Below, one piece after another: positions 61,288 through 64,000 of a DNA stretch of 64,000 nucleotides (its first letter is position 1; each line of letters opens with the position of its first letter). Below the pieces are notes generated by a model. That model was not told the DNA's origin and ran no database searches. It saw only the letters and a list, made by a program, of their open reading frames with translations. Origin of the DNA: an uncultured Gemmatimonadaceae bacterium. GTDB taxonomy: Bacteria > Gemmatimonadota > Gemmatimonadetes > Gemmatimonadales > Gemmatimonadaceae. Position numbers and translations under genes: made by a program. The stretch covers positions 224,001-288,000 of the forward strand of contig CAVUDW010000003.1 of assembly GCA_963740355.1 (NCBI GenBank). Reading direction: 5' to 3'.

Positions 61288-62727
61288 CTACTGGTCGAGG
61301 GTGCGCAGTTCGGACGGGTCAGCACCAATGGCCTGACGGTGCGCCACGAGCGCGTCGATCAGCGCATATCGGGCGGAGAGCTGCGCCAGCGCCTTGCCTG
61401 TGGCTGCGGATTCCGCGCCGAGCAATTCCGCGATTGTCGCAAGGCCGCCAGCATACCGCTTCTGCACCAGCCGGTAGGCTTCGCCGCTCTGCGCGGCCGC
61501 CAACGTGGCGAGATCGAGCCGTTGCAACGCCAGCGCCACTGCGCGTCGCGTCGTTGCGCCTTCGAGGACGCTCTGCGCGGCCAGCGCGTCGTGCCCTGCG
61601 CTTGCAGCACGTGTCCGGGCCGCCGCAGCATCGATGTCGGCCCGCTCACTTCCGCCGCCAAACACCGACCAGCTGGCCATCACGCCGAGGGTCCAGTTCG
61701 GGCGCCCGCCGAAGAGGGTCGTCGGGGCAAACCAGTCGTACCGGCCAAAGCTGTTGACGCGTGGCAGCATGGTGCTGACGGCACGCGACCGATCAGCGAC
61801 GGAAGCAGTCAGGCCATCACGTGCGGCACGCACATCGGCCCGGATCGCCGCCGGTCCGGCACCGGCGCGCTGCGCACTCGTGTCGAGGGCAGCAATCGTT
61901 CGGAGGAGATCGTCTGGCGGCAGCGAGTCGGTCACGACCGGCACGCTGCCCTGCGAGCGACCCAGCAGCAGTGCGAGTTGCTCACGGGCCGACTGCGCCT
62001 CGTTGTTCGCGGCCAGGAGTTGGGACGCGACGTCGAGTGCTCGCACATTCGCCTGCAATGCGTCGGCCTTGGTGACCAGCCCCTGTTGCACCATCGCCTG
62101 CACCTGGCGCACCGCCGCGTCGGCGGCACGCTGCGCCTCGGTCAGCATGTGCACTTGCGCGCCGGCGAGGACGGAGCCGTACCAGGCACGGATGACGGAG
62201 GCGCGAACCCCGATGGCCGTCCACTCCCCGCTCGCGGCGCTGGAGGCAGCCGCTGCCTGTGCCGCTCGACGACCGGCCCAGGCATCGGCGTTGATGATCG
62301 GAAGTTCGACCACCACGCCACCCTGCACGTTGGTGATCGGGCGCGGATCGTTGAGGCGTGACGGGTCGAACGCGGCGGGCGTGACCAGTCGCTGCCGGAG
62401 CAGCGTCCCGAAGGCGCCGATGGGATCGGTCGTGCGCACCGCGCCGGCTTCGACGCGAACGGACGGCAGCACGCCCTTCAGCGGCAGTCCGGCGCGGGCA
62501 CGCGCCTCTCCGGCCGTCGCCGCCGCCACGCGGTTGGTGAACGCATGGCGATCGGCTTCCTGTAGCGCGGCGGCCAGCGACAACGTGGGCGCGGGTGCCG
62601 GTCCCGCCGCGGCCTGTGCATGCAACGTGGTGGGGAGGGCGCCGGTGGCAGTGCCGGCTGCGAGGACGACGGTCCAGACCGCGGACCGTCGCCTCGCCCA
62701 CCCACCCAGAAATGATTCTGTAGTCAT
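61288..62727 (-). CDS. TolC-family outer membrane protein
   Basis: Signal peptide, LSLAAAL, VLPSV and MLPRV repeats, QGLVTKAD and RYAGGLATIAELL. Confidence 0.88.
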   Translation of the reverse strand: MTTESFLGGWARRRSAVWTVVLAAGTATGALPTTLHAQAAAGPAPAPTLSLAAALQEADRHAFTNRVAAATAGEARARAGLPLKGVLPSVRVEAGAVRTTDPIGAFGTLLRQRLVTPAAFDPSRLNDPRPITNVQGGVVVELPIINADAWAGRRAAQAAAASSAASGEWTAIGVRASVIRAWYGSVLAGAQVHMLTEAQRAADAAVRQVQAMVQQGLVTKADALQANVRALDVASQLLAANNEAQSAREQLALLLGRSQGSVPVVTDSLPPDDLLRTIAALDTSAQRAGAGPAAIRADVRAARDGLTASVADRSRAVSTMLPRVNSFGRYDWFAPTTLFGGRPNWTLGVMASWSVFGGGSERADIDAAAARTRAASAGHDALAAQSVLEGATTRRAVALALQRLDLATLAAAQSGEAYRLVQKRYAGGLATIAELLGAESAATGKALAQLSARYALIDALVAHRQAIGADPSELRTLDQ

Positions 62728-62765
62728 ATCGGTATATAACTATGCGGTAGACTAAGGTGCGTCAA
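62721..62765 (-). promoter_or_regulatory. AT-rich operator-like inverted repeat plus a sigma70-like -35 box at the tolC start
   Basis: TAGTCATAT-cggt-ATATAACTA (8/9 inverted repeat, 62721-62742). TTGACG on the minus strand at 62765-62760. Confidence 0.55.
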
Positions 62766-62808
62766 GCACCTGCTGTCGATGAGGTGCTTCGAGCCTCGCT
62801 TGGGCAGT

Positions 62809-63015
62809 TCAGCTGGGGCGTACCGGGCAGGTCCGGAAGCCGAACAGCGAGTACACGGGACAGCTTCCGAGCGCGCCGGTCACCAGTGGGATGATGCCGA
62901 GGTAGGCCCACGGGGAGCGAAAGCCAATGAAGGCCTGTGAGAGGATGCCGAGGCCGAGCGCGATCCGCAGTGCGCGATCGATCGAGCCTTCGTTCTTCTC
63001 CAGAAGAGCGGACAT
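62809..63015 (-). CDS. DUF2892/YgaP-family small membrane protein
   Basis: KNEGSIDRALRIALG, GIIPLVTG..CPVYSLFGFRTC. Confidence 0.88.
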   Translation of the reverse strand: MSALLEKNEGSIDRALRIALGLGILSQAFIGFRSPWAYLGIIPLVTGALGSCPVYSLFGFRTCPVRPS

Positions 63016-63142
63016 GGTGACGTGAGCGAAAGGTGGAGTCGTCCTGGTGCAGAAATCCGCACCTGGCACTGAGGTTCAGCGCCACCCCGTCACAGAACGC
63101 CATCGGCGCGCGGTCCGCAGTCCTCGTTTGCCTGACAGCCCG

Positions 63143-64000
63143 TCAGCCCTTCGTGCCGACTGCTCCACTCTCGCCGGCGTCGGCGCCGGGTGGTACGAGC
63201 ACGTCGAGGGATTGCGGGCGAATCTGGTATCGCAGCGGCAGTGCCATCGCGACCACCTCACCGTCGACCGCCACCACGACCTTCGAGGGGTTTCCCGCAC
63301 CAGCGAGCTCCACGTCCGCCTCCGATGCGAGCGCCATCGCGAGGGCGCCTGATTCGTGGGCCGTCCCTGCGAGAATGCGCCAGATCAGGCGAAGCAGTTG
63401 CCACTGACCTTCCGCCCGCACCACATACAGGCCGAGCTGCCCTTCGCGCAGTGAATCGCGGGACGAGGCGTCGAAGCCGGCCATGCGGTATTCGTTGTTG
63501 CCGATGAAGATCAGCGGCGACATGCGAACGACCTTCTGCCCATCCACCGTCAGCGCCAGGCGCAGTGGTCGCGCCGTGCGGGTCACGCGCGCCGTGGCCC
63601 ACGCTGCCACCAGCCACTTCTCGATCCCGCGAGCCTTGTAGCGCTCCCGCAACTGGACGATGCGGGGATAGATGCCCACGCTCGAATTATTGAGGAAGAG
63701 GCGGCCGTTGACCTCTCCCACGTCGATGCGCGTGGTGTGTCCGGCCACCAGCACCGCGGCCGCCTCCTCGATCGGCAGCGGAATGCCGAGGTCGCGGGCG
63801 AAATGATTCAGCGTGCCGAGCGGGAGTACACCGAGTCGAATGCCCCGACCGTGAATCGCATTCGCAACGCTATTGACCGTCCCGTCGCCGCCCCCCGCCA
63901 CCACCGTGTCGACATCGCGCGAAATCGCATCAGCCAGCGCGCGGTCGACCTCCTCCCCGGACACCGCCAGCGTGATCTTCGCGTCGATCCCAGCGCGCTC
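63143..64000 (-). CDS. Diacylglycerol kinase-family lipid kinase, 5'-truncated by window edge
   Basis: AGGGDGTVN, LPLGTLNHFARDLG, FLNNSSVG and VDGE. Frame is open to the window end. Confidence 0.9.
   Translation of the reverse strand, partial: ERAGIDAKITLAVSGEEVDRALADAISRDVDTVVAGGGDGTVNSVANAIHGRGIRLGVLPLGTLNHFARDLGIPLPIEEAAAVLVAGHTTRIDVGEVNGRLFLNNSSVGIYPRIVQLRERYKARGIEKWLVAAWATARVTRTARPLRLALTVDGQKVVRMSPLIFIGNNEYRMAGFDASSRDSLREGQLGLYVVRAEGQWQLLRLIWRILAGTAHESGALAMALASEADVELAGAGNPSKVVVAVDGEVVAMALPLRYQIRPQSLDVLVPPGADAGESGAVGTKG

Overview
High-GC bacterial chromosomal window. The gene content looks Gemmatimonadota-like, but that is inference only. No rRNA, tRNA, CRISPR array or transposase was recognised. 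From left to right it holds: (1) alpha-glucan phosphorylase and a GH57-like glycosidase; (2) a two-gene unit of a CHAT caspase-like protease and a lipase-fold hydrolase; (3) a DUF4331/DUF4331/TPR/DUF6702 secreted-protein operon; (4) FAH, two tandem DUF1801 paralogues, an RsuA-like enzyme and a methyltransferase; (5) a signalling block with three MCPs, each behind a sigma28-like promoter, plus a PAS hybrid kinase, REC-GGDEF-EAL and HDOD; (6) YigZ and an S9 peptidase; (7) ilvD, then a Leu/Ile/Val-rich leader-peptide attenuator and ilvB-ilvN-ilvC-leuA-leuC-leuD-leuB; (8) a 51-bp inverted-repeat element; (9) a MacAB-TolC-type exporter; (10) an L,D-transpeptidase and an LGFP-metallophosphoesterase fusion; (11) an operon of a small protein, a KaiC-like ATPase and a GGDEF-histidine kinase fusion; (12) a DUF2892-flanked RND efflux operon and a partial DAGK-family kinase. 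Four genes carry single-base insertions, probably assembly errors. The best candidates for undescribed systems are the CHAT protease/lipase pair and the KaiC-like/GGDEF-kinase module. All family calls come from motifs read by eye, not from database searches.
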